DNA of 64,000 nucleotides from a virus (Duplodnaviria > Caudoviricetes). The stretch spans positions 51,485 to 115,484 of IMG/VR virus record IMGVR_UViG_3300033073_000410; one strand, written 5' to 3'. The notes beneath the pieces were generated by a model. It worked only from the letters and a program-made list of their open reading frames with translations. It ran no database searches and was not told where the DNA came from. Of this stretch, positions 48,343 through 56,840 are shown in pieces. The translations under genes and the position numbers were made by a program. Numbering within the stretch: position 1 is the first letter of the stretch; each line of letters opens with the position of its first letter.

Positions 48343-48890
48343 GGGTTTACTAATTCTGCTTTCATCAATTTCTTGTATGCTTGTTGAACAACGATTGCTT
48401 GACGTTCAGCATCTTCTACAGCCTTGTGACTTGTTGTGTGTCCACCGTCTTTGAGTTTAACGTTACAAATGTCATAGATTGTACGTGTATCTCTAATGTT
48501 CCAGAAGTTCCAAGGTGCTAACTGATTGTGGTCTCTCCAAGCTGACTCCATTACAACAACGTCAAAACTTGCACCGTTACTCCATACTTTACCATTGTTA
48601 TACTTCCAGCACCACTTATACAATGTATCCATACAGTCTTTGTATGATACTCTATCTCTGTCGCCCAGTGCTTCTTCTTGTGCAGCCTCTGATTGTTCAC
48701 TCCACCAACGCAATGTATCTGGATTGATGGAACGATTAAAGATATCAGTTTGTTCTTCAATCGTGGGGCGCAATTCTATTTTATCTATAATGCCATTGCC
48801 CTTAGGGTCAAACAATACTGCACCTATTGTCAATATCACACAGTTTGGAGTCGTGTCCAAACTTTCAATGTCAATCATTATGTCAGCCAT
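48339..48890 (-). CDS. DEDDh 3'-5' exonuclease
   Basis: MIDIES, NGASFD, RDTRT, HKAVEDA. Confidence 0.88.
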   Translation of the reverse strand: MADIMIDIESLDTTPNCVILTIGAVLFDPKGNGIIDKIELRPTIEEQTDIFNRSINPDTLRWWSEQSEAAQEEALGDRDRVSYKDCMDTLYKWCWKYNNGKVWSNGASFDVVVMESAWRDHNQLAPWNFWNIRDTRTIYDICNVKLKDGGHTTSHKAVEDAERQAIVVQQAYKKLMKAELVNP

Positions 48891-49099
48891 TATTTTTTCT
48901 CTTTTCTTGATGTGTAAGGTTGTTCTAGTCTAGGCAAACCGCAATCAGCACAATTGCATCTAGCCCATACCATAGTATTGTAATCACTTCTTTCTAGTGT
49001 TTCGTATGATGTCCAACGATGCCATCCTAGTCTACACTTCCATGATTGAATGGGCTTCATTCCTGTCAGCACTCGCCAAGTGTTTTCTGCACTTTTCAT
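48890..49099 (-). CDS. Small Cys/His zinc-binding protein (CRxGxHxW...CxxC)
   Basis: WKCRLGWHRW...CADC; paralogue of 59433..59669. Confidence 0.7.
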   Translation of the reverse strand: MKSAENTWRVLTGMKPIQSWKCRLGWHRWTSYETLERSDYNTMVWARCNCADCGLPRLEQPYTSRKEKK

Positions 49100-49395
49100 T
49101 TGATTAACTCCATAACTATCTTCAACTTTTCAATCTGGTCATTCACAGTAGGATTGTCTCTATGCTTCCAAACTTCATGTGCAAAGTTTTTAAACTTTAT
49201 TTCTTCTCTTAGTTCAAATGGTACTGTAAATATGCGGTTAGTTCCATTACCTAGATAGGTCATAATATTACCATCTATATTAACATTAATGTTAGCCCCG
49301 GCGCTAGGAGCTTCATTGAATACGAGGTGATGATTCAGTTCTTCATATTCATACGGTGATTGCATTATCCCGTTAATTGATACTAACGTTGTCAT
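49096..49395 (-). CDS. Hypothetical protein with an INGIMQSP...FNEAP (tail-domain-like) motif
   Basis: ORF, TAATG-coupled. Confidence 0.6.
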   Translation of the reverse strand: MTTLVSINGIMQSPYEYEELNHHLVFNEAPSAGANINVNIDGNIMTYLGNGTNRIFTVPFELREEIKFKNFAHEVWKHRDNPTVNDQIEKLKIVMELIK

Positions 49396-49676
49396 TAGTT
49401 TTTCCACATTTCATAAGTGAACTTCTCTTTCTCACCCCAGACTTCAATGTACAACAATCCACCTGCCATCCAGAAGTCCCACATTCTACCACGCTCACCT
49501 AGGTTTCTACGACACCATTTGATATATTCAGTTAAGTCTATCTTTTGATAATTGAGGTCGATAGTATGTAAGATACGTCCATTACGACTAGCATCATAAC
49601 TAGACTTATCCGCCACATTGTAAGTAGGTAGCGGAGCAAATGTTCCTGTGCTTCTTCCTATTCCTGATATTGCCAT
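49395..49676 (-). CDS. Small array protein, divergent LRW-family member
   Basis: WCRRNLG...W motif. Confidence 0.65.
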   Translation of the reverse strand: MAISGIGRSTGTFAPLPTYNVADKSSYDASRNGRILHTIDLNYQKIDLTEYIKWCRRNLGERGRMWDFWMAGGLLYIEVWGEKEKFTYEMWKN

Positions 49677-49894
49677 TATAGATACCTTAAACTAAACCAT
49701 GTTGCTAGTTCTTCTTTGTAGAAGATGAATATAGTGTATCTATTATACACGGCTTCGTATGTTGTTTCACTATATTTGGGCTTATGATATTCAAAATCAT
49801 AATCTATACCCTGAACATACCCACTCTTTCTTATTTCCCTAACGATGTCCATTACTTCGTTGGGCATCTTATCCAAAAGTTTAATTTCAATCAT
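49676..49894 (-). CDS. LRW-family small protein
   Basis: Ends FYKEELATWFSLRYL. Confidence 0.7.
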   Translation of the reverse strand: MIEIKLLDKMPNEVMDIVREIRKSGYVQGIDYDFEYHKPKYSETTYEAVYNRYTIFIFYKEELATWFSLRYL

Positions 49895-50142
49895 TGCGGG
49901 AATTGTAATAAGAACCAACTAGCGTAGCTGTCATCTTCAAAAGTAAGTTTCCAAACTCTGTAATGACTAGTATACTTCTTGCCATCTTCACCATCGACAA
50001 TTGATTGTTCACTGTGCAACTTAGCCATCCATCCTTCACCACCGACACTATTATGAATGTAATGAAGTCTAGGGCCTACGTTTTTAGCAAGCCAATCTTC
50101 TGCTCGTGAACTCAAACCACTCTTAAGTGTTATAGTTATCAT
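49891..50142 (-). CDS. LRW-family small protein
   Basis: WLAKNVG; ends FEDDSYASWFLLQFPQ. Confidence 0.7.
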   Translation of the reverse strand: MITITLKSGLSSRAEDWLAKNVGPRLHYIHNSVGGEGWMAKLHSEQSIVDGEDGKKYTSHYRVWKLTFEDDSYASWFLLQFPQ

Positions 50143-50408
50143 GTCCACCTCAATAGAAACGCTGTAAGGAACTCATCCTTACATAGCATGATTTCTCCAA
50201 ATTCACAATTGTCAACCCAGTAACTATCTTCAATATCTTCTCTATAGCCACTCTTACCAAAAGTTTCACAGCACCAATTTTGAATCTCGTTCGCATCAAC
50301 CTCACCTTTACCTTTCCAGCTAATAGTAGTTATGTTTCGTTCACTGAATGGATAATGCTCTACCCAATATTGAAAGGACCCTAATTGTTTAACTTGTTTC
50401 ATTGCCAT
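50139..50408 (-). CDS. LRW-family small protein
   Basis: WCCETFG; ends FLTAFLLRWT. Confidence 0.7.
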   Translation of the reverse strand: MAMKQVKQLGSFQYWVEHYPFSERNITTISWKGKGEVDANEIQNWCCETFGKSGYREDIEDSYWVDNCEFGEIMLCKDEFLTAFLLRWT

Positions 50409-50650
50409 CTTAGTATAAACCATTCCATATCTTTTTTCTCACGAAAGTAAAATCTGCTATTGTTAATGTACCATCTTCCGCCGGGTGAAAATACTCCATC
50501 TTTCGGTAGTGGTCCAAATGATTGTAAGCACCAGTCTTCTAACTCTTTCCATTCTTCTACAAACCAAGTACTAACGTGTGCTTTGAATATAGGTTCGGCT
50601 GAGTAGTACCGTGCCCCATAGATTCGTCCTTCGTCAAATCTTAACTCCAT
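50399..50650 (-). CDS. LRW-family small protein
   Basis: WCLQSFG; ends FREKKDMEWFILRWQ. Confidence 0.75.
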   Translation of the reverse strand: MELRFDEGRIYGARYYSAEPIFKAHVSTWFVEEWKELEDWCLQSFGPLPKDGVFSPGGRWYINNSRFYFREKKDMEWFILRWQ

Positions 50651-50901
50651 CGTAGAATAAACCATTCTGCATCTTGTTTGTTCTCAAATAGATAATCGCT
50701 ACCTAATCTGCGATAACTACCTTTACATGTTCCGGCTAACCAAATGTTAATATCAACAGCTTGTGTATTGTTTTTGAAATGATATCCGACGGGGATCCAA
50801 CCGGAGTTAACTAACATGTTAGATATGATACCTTCATCCATTTCTCTGGCTATCTCATTAGCCAAAATATCATATATTTCTTGTTCTACATCTTGTTTCA
50901 T
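50641..50901 (-). CDS. LRW-family small protein
   Basis: Ends FENKQDAEWFILRWS. Confidence 0.75.
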   Translation of the reverse strand: MKQDVEQEIYDILANEIAREMDEGIISNMLVNSGWIPVGYHFKNNTQAVDINIWLAGTCKGSYRRLGSDYLFENKQDAEWFILRWS

Positions 50902-50903
50902 AT

Positions 50904-51086
50904 TTACGACCACCTCAACATATACATCATATAAACATCTTCATTCATCCACAGATTTTCTAATCCATAGTCGTATTCTTCGCCCCAGCGCCCGCCATTG
51001 ACTCCGAAGTTCATAACTAACCACAGTTTAACTTCTGCTTTTAACTTCCAAGGCCAACGCTCAGTTACAATTCCATATTGTTTCAC
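50904..51086 (-). CDS. LRW-family small protein
   Basis: WLVMNFG; ends YMMYMLRWS. Confidence 0.7.
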   Translation of the reverse strand: MKQYGIVTERWPWKLKAEVKLWLVMNFGVNGGRWGEEYDYGLENLWMNEDVYMMYMLRWS

Positions 51087-51304
51087 ACCCACCTCAGTTC
51101 ACACATTAGTGCATGTTTTTCTTCTTCAAACCAAATGTCAAGTGATTCACCGGAAGAACGATACCTAATCTCAAAAAGGTCTTCGTTGTATTCTACTAGT
51201 TGTTCAACCCACTCTCTTATCACTAACACTTCGTTAATCCGTGATTCTATATCGAACAAGTTTGTTGTTCGTAGTTTGACATTAACTTTGTAATTCACGA
51301 CCAT
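51083..51304 (-). CDS. LRW-family small protein
   Basis: Ends WFEEEKHALMCELRWV. Confidence 0.7.
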   Translation of the reverse strand: MVVNYKVNVKLRTTNLFDIESRINEVLVIREWVEQLVEYNEDLFEIRYRSSGESLDIWFEEEKHALMCELRWV

Positions 51305-51525
51305 TTCAATATAAACATCATCAAATCTGATTCACGGTCAATTCTAACCTCGCCGTACTTGATATCATCAACCCAACGAACATCTGCTGTATCATTTCTA
51401 TAGCCGGGCTCACCGAATGTTTGATAACACCAGGTTCTAATCTCAGCCTGTACAAGTATTTCTTGCATAGGGAATGCCACAGTAGTGTAGTTCTTGTATG
51501 TTGGTTTATAGTAAATCAGTTTCAT
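51295..51525 (-). CDS. LRW-family small protein
   Basis: WCYQTFG; ends DLMMFILKWS. Confidence 0.7.
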   Translation of the reverse strand: MKLIYYKPTYKNYTTVAFPMQEILVQAEIRTWCYQTFGEPGYRNDTADVRWVDDIKYGEVRIDRESDLMMFILKWS

Positions 51526-51791
51526 TCCCACCTCAACAAGAACCAAGAATACTTCTTATCATCTACAATTTTGTAGTCAGTCATCTTCCAGGAAGTTGCA
51601 TAAGTTTGTTGTATTTGATATTGTATAAGTTCAATATCAACCCCATGCTCTGTTAGCATGTGATGTAGGAAGGAATCATTCCTAGGAATACCTGTAACTA
51701 CTCTTGCTTCACCTGGTAGTGGAAGCTCTTTTCCAATTGCTTCTTTCCAATACTTATATATGACTTTCTCAAATTTTTTGATATCCTGCAT
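51522..51791 (-). CDS. LRW-family small protein
   Basis: Ends IVDDKKYSWFLLRWE. Confidence 0.7.
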   Translation of the reverse strand: MQDIKKFEKVIYKYWKEAIGKELPLPGEARVVTGIPRNDSFLHHMLTEHGVDIELIQYQIQQTYATSWKMTDYKIVDDKKYSWFLLRWE

Positions 51792-51793
51792 AA

Positions 51794-52237
51794 TTATGAC
51801 CACCTCAACATAAACATCATGTAATCTCTTTCATCTTTGAAGGCAAAGTAAACAAAATCACTGCCACCGATATCATTGAACCAATAATCTTCATGCAAGT
51901 CATTGTCGATTCCTATACCAGTTTGCTTATGCACTCGGTGAATGTCTGCACGCCATTTGAATCTAATGTTCCAATCACACCATGAACGCATTTCATTGTA
52001 GCCAAACACTAAGCCACCGGGACCGTAGTCACCTAGACACTGGTACGCATAGTGACTAGGATTTTCACAACGATAGACATGGGTATATCCACTGTAGAAG
52101 TCACTTACTTTATCAGCATAACGGCAAACATCAGTATCACGATTGTGCCGATATGTTGCCCAATTGGCATAACCACTCTTTGCTAACTTTCTGTTAGCAA
52201 GATACTGGCGCCAACGTGCTTTAAGTCGTAGATTCAT
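51794..52237 (-). CDS. LRW-family protein, long form (147 aa)
   Basis: Ends FAFKDERDYMMFMLRWS. Confidence 0.75.
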   Translation of the reverse strand: MNLRLKARWRQYLANRKLAKSGYANWATYRHNRDTDVCRYADKVSDFYSGYTHVYRCENPSHYAYQCLGDYGPGGLVFGYNEMRSWCDWNIRFKWRADIHRVHKQTGIGIDNDLHEDYWFNDIGGSDFVYFAFKDERDYMMFMLRWS

Positions 52238-53409
52238 TTCAAATATCCTATGTCAGTGCGATACACGTACTCACCCATTTTCTGTGTTTTTAAATATGCG
52301 TATATTTTATCACTGGCTTGACTAATTGTAAATCCCTTTGATGTAAAAACATATGAACTACTGTACCCAGGTCTAGTGTAAGTTATATCTTTGGGTACAT
52401 TAATGAATTCGGGCTTCTCACTATTTGGGTCATACTTATAGTCTTTGGGTGATACTACCACTGTAACTGCTTTGTCATCAGAGAATGTTATTTCGGGTAG
52501 TACTAAGCCCATAGTAGCAGAGTAAAGTAATGTGCCTAACTCATTCGTAACAGTAGATATTATACTTAATGATTCAGGGCAACCAAATCTAGTATTGATT
52601 TCTAACACTAACGGAACGTTGTCTTTATCGAAGATGATACCCAAGTAAAGTATACCGACGTAAGGGTCGCCTTGTTGCGACAAGTAGTTTAGTATCTTAT
52701 CTACATACTGGTCAACGATATAGAATCGGTCAGTGATACTGTATGAGCCTACACCTTCTGTGTTAAAACCCTTGTCATCGTTCTCAAACTTTTTATAATC
52801 TCTCGCAGAGCCTAAGTACTTCCAATTAGTATCGTTACAAATCGCATGGTAAGATATCTCATGTTTGCTGTCGATAAATTCATCAATGATGAATGTCTCC
52901 ACTGGAGAATCTTTCATCCTATCATACTCGTCTAGTTGATTAGTATCAGTAACTATAACTGTTTGCAAGCCCTCGTTCCAGTATTTGTTATACTTTAGAA
53001 CAAAAGGTCGTTGAATGATAAAGAAGCATTCTATTAGTTCTTCTTTACTGAGAACTTGATGCTTGGGTGTAGGTATGTTAAGTTCGTTTAACATATCCTT
53101 TGTTTTACTCTTATCCCATTCTAACAATGCGTTATTATGTGATGGCATAAAGCAAGGCGTGTCTTTAATCGCTTCACGTAATTCTTCTGACAACTGATAC
53201 TCAAGTTGAGTAGGAATAATCAAATCAAAGTTGAGTTTCTTTATGCATCCAATCAAGTAGTCAAGTGATTCTTTGGCTGGTAGAGGTATATAGTTGTCCT
53301 CTACCTGGTAGGTAATGTTAGCCCCATAGTGATAGACTGTGTTAGACTTAGCCAACAATTTAGATATGAAGTGTGCTGAGGGTATTCTACCTATTACCAG
53401 AATTTTCAT
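52234..53409 (-). CDS. Divergent phosphoribosylamine-glycine ligase (PurD/GARS)-like ATP-grasp enzyme
   Basis: MKILVIG, LEWDK..TK, RDYKK...GFNTEGVGSYS, YVGILYLG, LEINTRFGCPE, YRTDIG. Confidence 0.8.
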   Translation of the reverse strand: MKILVIGRIPSAHFISKLLAKSNTVYHYGANITYQVEDNYIPLPAKESLDYLIGCIKKLNFDLIIPTQLEYQLSEELREAIKDTPCFMPSHNNALLEWDKSKTKDMLNELNIPTPKHQVLSKEELIECFFIIQRPFVLKYNKYWNEGLQTVIVTDTNQLDEYDRMKDSPVETFIIDEFIDSKHEISYHAICNDTNWKYLGSARDYKKFENDDKGFNTEGVGSYSITDRFYIVDQYVDKILNYLSQQGDPYVGILYLGIIFDKDNVPLVLEINTRFGCPESLSIISTVTNELGTLLYSATMGLVLPEITFSDDKAVTVVVSPKDYKYDPNSEKPEFINVPKDITYTRPGYSSSYVFTSKGFTISQASDKIYAYLKTQKMGEYVYRTDIGYLK

Positions 53410-53678
53410 AGGTACTTGAGTACATATAGCATGTACTTACCTTCATCAGTGATTGTATATTCTCTCATCACATTACCGTGAATATCGAACAGAATTTTTA
53501 TGCCGCATTCTTTTTCTATCCACTTGTCAAAGCTATCTTCTTTGCCAGTGGTAGTTGGTTCATAGTACCCGGTATATTGTTTCTGATATAAGTCTTTCAT
53601 CTTTCGCATGTTGCGCCAAAAGACCCATTGCTTATTAGTAACCACGTTATGATACTCGATAAATTCGTTAGTCTGCAT
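53406..53678 (-). CDS. LRW-family small protein
   Basis: Ends ITDEGKYMLYVLKYL. Confidence 0.7.
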   Translation of the reverse strand: MQTNEFIEYHNVVTNKQWVFWRNMRKMKDLYQKQYTGYYEPTTTGKEDSFDKWIEKECGIKILFDIHGNVMREYTITDEGKYMLYVLKYL

Positions 53679-53967
53679 GTGTCAATAAATCAAATGCGGT
53701 GGCATATTGAACTTCAGGCTCCATGTGGAAGCCGGTACCCCATACTACCCAAACTCTGCGCTTGTATGCTTTAGTCCAGAACAACGGTACGCCGCTGACA
53801 CTTCTGCGAGGCCACATGACGAATGTTTCAGTCCACGGATAGCAATCTGCACCGTCCGTTATAATTTTTGTTATATTCATCATTGATCCTGGAATAGGTT
53901 GTGTTAGTTGTACCATCTTGTTTAGTTCTATGTTGAAGTTTATACTTCTGCCCCAGACTATCTTCAT
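53668..53967 (-). CDS. Hypothetical protein
   Basis: ORF, ATGA-coupled. Confidence 0.65.
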   Translation of the reverse strand: MKIVWGRSINFNIELNKMVQLTQPIPGSMMNITKIITDGADCYPWTETFVMWPRRSVSGVPLFWTKAYKRRVWVVWGTGFHMEPEVQYATAFDLLTHAD

Positions 53968-54401
53968 CGCTGTAATATAGCCCACATGTCAAGTTTATGT
54001 GTGGCTTCTTTTGCTTTTTCTTCTGCTTTGTGTTGATATTCTCTTGCTACTCTAACATTATACTTTTCTGTTTCAATCTGTTCATTCAATTCTTGAATCA
54101 ACTCAGCCACAGTTCTCGCCTTAAGACTCTTAACTTCTTCTCTTTCTTGCTCTAACAAAAACTGAGTATGTTTAAGTTCATCCTCAAGATGTAAGATATA
54201 ATGTCCTGGATGATACCGATTACAGTTTACAACACTTACAAAATCACAATAAGTATCATCCATACCTGCATTTAACAAGTCATCCATGATTGCGCCTTTT
54301 GTGCGTTGCATAACTGTGGCTATTTTAACTCGTACTGGATCAGTATCGTATCTAATAACATAGTCCATTAGTTCATCGTCTGTTAGGTGATTTAAGTTCA
54401 T
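53964..54401 (-). CDS. Hypothetical coiled-coil protein
   Basis: ORF, ATGA-coupled. Confidence 0.65.
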   Translation of the reverse strand: MNLNHLTDDELMDYVIRYDTDPVRVKIATVMQRTKGAIMDDLLNAGMDDTYCDFVSVVNCNRYHPGHYILHLEDELKHTQFLLEQEREEVKSLKARTVAELIQELNEQIETEKYNVRVAREYQHKAEEKAKEATHKLDMWAILQR

Positions 54402-54628
54402 AACCACATCAATCCAAAATATGTTGCGTCACTTTGTTTTTGAAACCTGAAGGTTGCACTTTTATAGTCTTTTGATTCATGCATCCAAAAGCCCTTGCAC
54501 TTACGTTTACAAAACTTCTTTGCCTTCTCAATCTTCATATCAAATTCAAAATATCTTTCGGAAAGATTGTGAAGGGTAATTTCATGCTCTGTTTTACGTT
54601 TATGTTGCCTACGTTGTTGTGAATTCAT
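54398..54628 (-). CDS. LRW-family small protein
   Basis: Ends FRFQKQSDATYFGLMWL. Confidence 0.7.
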   Translation of the reverse strand: MNSQQRRQHKRKTEHEITLHNLSERYFEFDMKIEKAKKFCKRKCKGFWMHESKDYKSATFRFQKQSDATYFGLMWL

Positions 54629-54843
54629 TAGGAGTACCTCAATACAAACATCATATATAGTTTTTCATCATGCCATTTGACATTCATTATGCTATTGGGT
54701 TGTTTAGATTTTGCAATCGTTGCGTTATACTTCTTTAGTGTATCTTCAATGATTTCTTCAGGATCATGTGACTTGATAAAATTGTTGAAGTAACAATTTC
54801 TTTTGTCTGGAACTGGGTAACGAAAATATTGTTTCTTTATCAT
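54628..54843 (-). CDS. LRW-family small protein
   Basis: Ends WHDEKLYMMFVLRYS. Confidence 0.7.
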   Translation of the reverse strand: MIKKQYFRYPVPDKRNCYFNNFIKSHDPEEIIEDTLKKYNATIAKSKQPNSIMNVKWHDEKLYMMFVLRYS

Positions 54844-55082
54844 TATAGCCACCTCAAGCTAAATTGAATAGCATCTTTTTCATCATAGAAATAGAAGTCC
54901 ATGTAATCAGTCAATGGATGCCACGAGAATCGTGTACCAGGCATACCATACTGTTCGATAGCCCAAGCACAGATTTCATTCCATGCTTCATTGTTGTTAC
55001 GACCATCACGCCAGTCAAGGCGTACTTTAGTACCCCGCCATTTTGAGGGTGTCTTGGATTCGTTGTTTAGTATCTGTGTCAC
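54843..55082 (-). CDS. LRW-family small protein (start uncertain)
   Basis: WAIEQYG; ends FYFYDEKDAIQFSLRWL. Confidence 0.7.
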   Translation of the reverse strand: MTQILNNESKTPSKWRGTKVRLDWRDGRNNNEAWNEICAWAIEQYGMPGTRFSWHPLTDYMDFYFYDEKDAIQFSLRWL

Positions 55083-55752
55083 GGTGAAACTTCAATGCCC
55101 ATTGTTCTGGATTTATATAATCAGTAATCATTGTAACTTGACCTGGATTTAATGTCTCTAGAAAACGGATACCGCTGTCGCTACAATACAACATCCATGG
55201 TGATATTTTACCCGTTGTTATGGCATGACATATTCGATTACTGTTCCCATAGCGCAAAACATCATTGGGCTGGATATTTTCGTTTTCACTTTGGGTAATA
55301 CAGTACTCAACGCTACGATGAATCGCATCAAAAGGATCCTCTACCCGTAAGTACTCTATAAGAAAACGGGTATACGTAGAGTCTGTATTCCAAACGTCTA
55401 TCTTAATTTGGTTCTTGAGTAACCATTCAACATACCTACTGACATTAATCACATTTGCATCAGCACAGTATGAACCGAACTTAGCAAATGCAGTATAGTA
55501 TGGACTACGAATGAATTCTTCTACTGTTTTGTTCTTTGTCTTGCTCATTGAGTTCTTCGTATAGAACTGCAACCAAGACTGAAACGCTAACCGATTACCT
55601 TTGTTATCTTTGTTTAGCCAACGTGATTTGGTCTCACATATATGAGATATTATAGTTTTCTCTCTGGAGAATTCACGATTACAAAATTCACAACTAAACT
55701 TTAGTGGTTTAGTTGTTTCCGTGTTCTCGCTCGTATTCTTTGATATCTTCAT
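55027..55752 (-). CDS. Hypothetical protein with an N-terminal C2HC zinc finger
   Basis: FSCEFCNREF...HIC. Confidence 0.75.
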   Translation of the reverse strand: MKISKNTSENTETTKPLKFSCEFCNREFSREKTIISHICETKSRWLNKDNKGNRLAFQSWLQFYTKNSMSKTKNKTVEEFIRSPYYTAFAKFGSYCADANVINVSRYVEWLLKNQIKIDVWNTDSTYTRFLIEYLRVEDPFDAIHRSVEYCITQSENENIQPNDVLRYGNSNRICHAITTGKISPWMLYCSDSGIRFLETLNPGQVTMITDYINPEQWALKFHRDTDTKQRIQDTLKMAGY

Positions 55753-56305
55753 CAGTAACCAGTAATGCTAGGGTTTCTATATCAGTCAACTTGAGTTCAG
55801 GGAACTTCTTAGCCAAATAGACTTTCTTTTTGTGTTCCTCAATGAATGCGTCACTAAGCGCATCGATTGTTTCTGAATCAGTCTTAGGATATATCTTTGT
55901 GTAATATTCTTTAACGTCTTTAGATTTGGGCGTTTCTTTTAGTGTAGATACCTTAGTTGACAGGTGGGGTATCCATTGATGATACTGTTTACCTACACCA
56001 GGTGAGGCCGCACACAGCATCATCCATTGTAGTTTAGGGTTCTTTTGCACGTACTCATTGAACAAGTGTTTATTGGCGGCATACTCTGTATTCATCACGT
56101 AGTATGCTGATACTTCACCGCTACCTTTAATCGCACTCATCCAGTGAGTCATCATATAGGGAACAAACTTCTTTAATTGTTCCTCTGTCATCTTATCTAA
56201 GTAAGTGTAATCTTTCTTGTCCAATGCGGCTAATGCTTCAAACAAGTTAAAGTCTTGTTTGTCTAGTTTCTCATCTTGGGGTACTGCGGGTTTTTTAGTT
56301 GCCAT
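55709..56305 (-). CDS. Clamp loader small subunit-like protein (T4 gp62-like)
   Basis: FVPYMMTHWMS, AN, QW..L, QWI, VKEYY pattern. Confidence 0.55.
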   Translation of the reverse strand: MATKKPAVPQDEKLDKQDFNLFEALAALDKKDYTYLDKMTEEQLKKFVPYMMTHWMSAIKGSGEVSAYYVMNTEYAANKHLFNEYVQKNPKLQWMMLCAASPGVGKQYHQWIPHLSTKVSTLKETPKSKDVKEYYTKIYPKTDSETIDALSDAFIEEHKKKVYLAKKFPELKLTDIETLALLVTDEDIKEYEREHGNN

Positions 56306-56805
56306 TAGAATGCCTGATTATAATCTACGATTTCACAATTACGACTAATCTCTTTTACAAAGTAAACACATCTAGGTTTATCACCATCATCAATCGGTAC
56401 ACATAAGAACTGCCCGTTCTTCAATCGAGGTGCGTACCAAGTAACATCGTGATAGATATCTACAATCTCAATATCTTGAAAGCTAGGTCTGAATGCACTT
56501 AATGGATTAAACTCAAATGCTTTAAAGCCTCTGTCGTTAATGCTCGTTAGTGGTAATGTTTCCAAGTCACCCATCTCAGGTTCGCCGATTAAGATTTGCC
56601 AATCTACTGGCATCTTAATAGTCTTGTCACCAACTCGTAATACTAGTGCAGGTGAGTTGAATGATTCTAAGAAGATTAATGGTATATAATGATAGTCTAC
56701 GTTTTGTGTATTTGAATTGTCAAGTATAGCAAATCGTAAGTCATCTACCTCTTCAGGTAATGTCTCTAAGTTATAGTAAGTATTTTCTAGGGTAAGTATT
56801 CTCAT
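56305..56805 (-). CDS. Hypothetical protein
   Basis: ORF with its own promoter. Confidence 0.75.
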   Translation of the reverse strand: MRILTLENTYYNLETLPEEVDDLRFAILDNSNTQNVDYHYIPLIFLESFNSPALVLRVGDKTIKMPVDWQILIGEPEMGDLETLPLTSINDRGFKAFEFNPLSAFRPSFQDIEIVDIYHDVTWYAPRLKNGQFLCVPIDDGDKPRCVYFVKEISRNCEIVDYNQAF

Positions 56806-56811
56806 AGTTAT

Positions 56812-56840
56812 ATTTTATCACTTGTATGTAAGTTTTTCAA
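56812..56840 (-). promoter_or_regulatory. sigma70-type promoter overlapping the 3' end of uvsW, predicted leaderless
   Basis: TTGAAA-N17-TAAAAT-N6-ATG. Confidence 0.6.
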
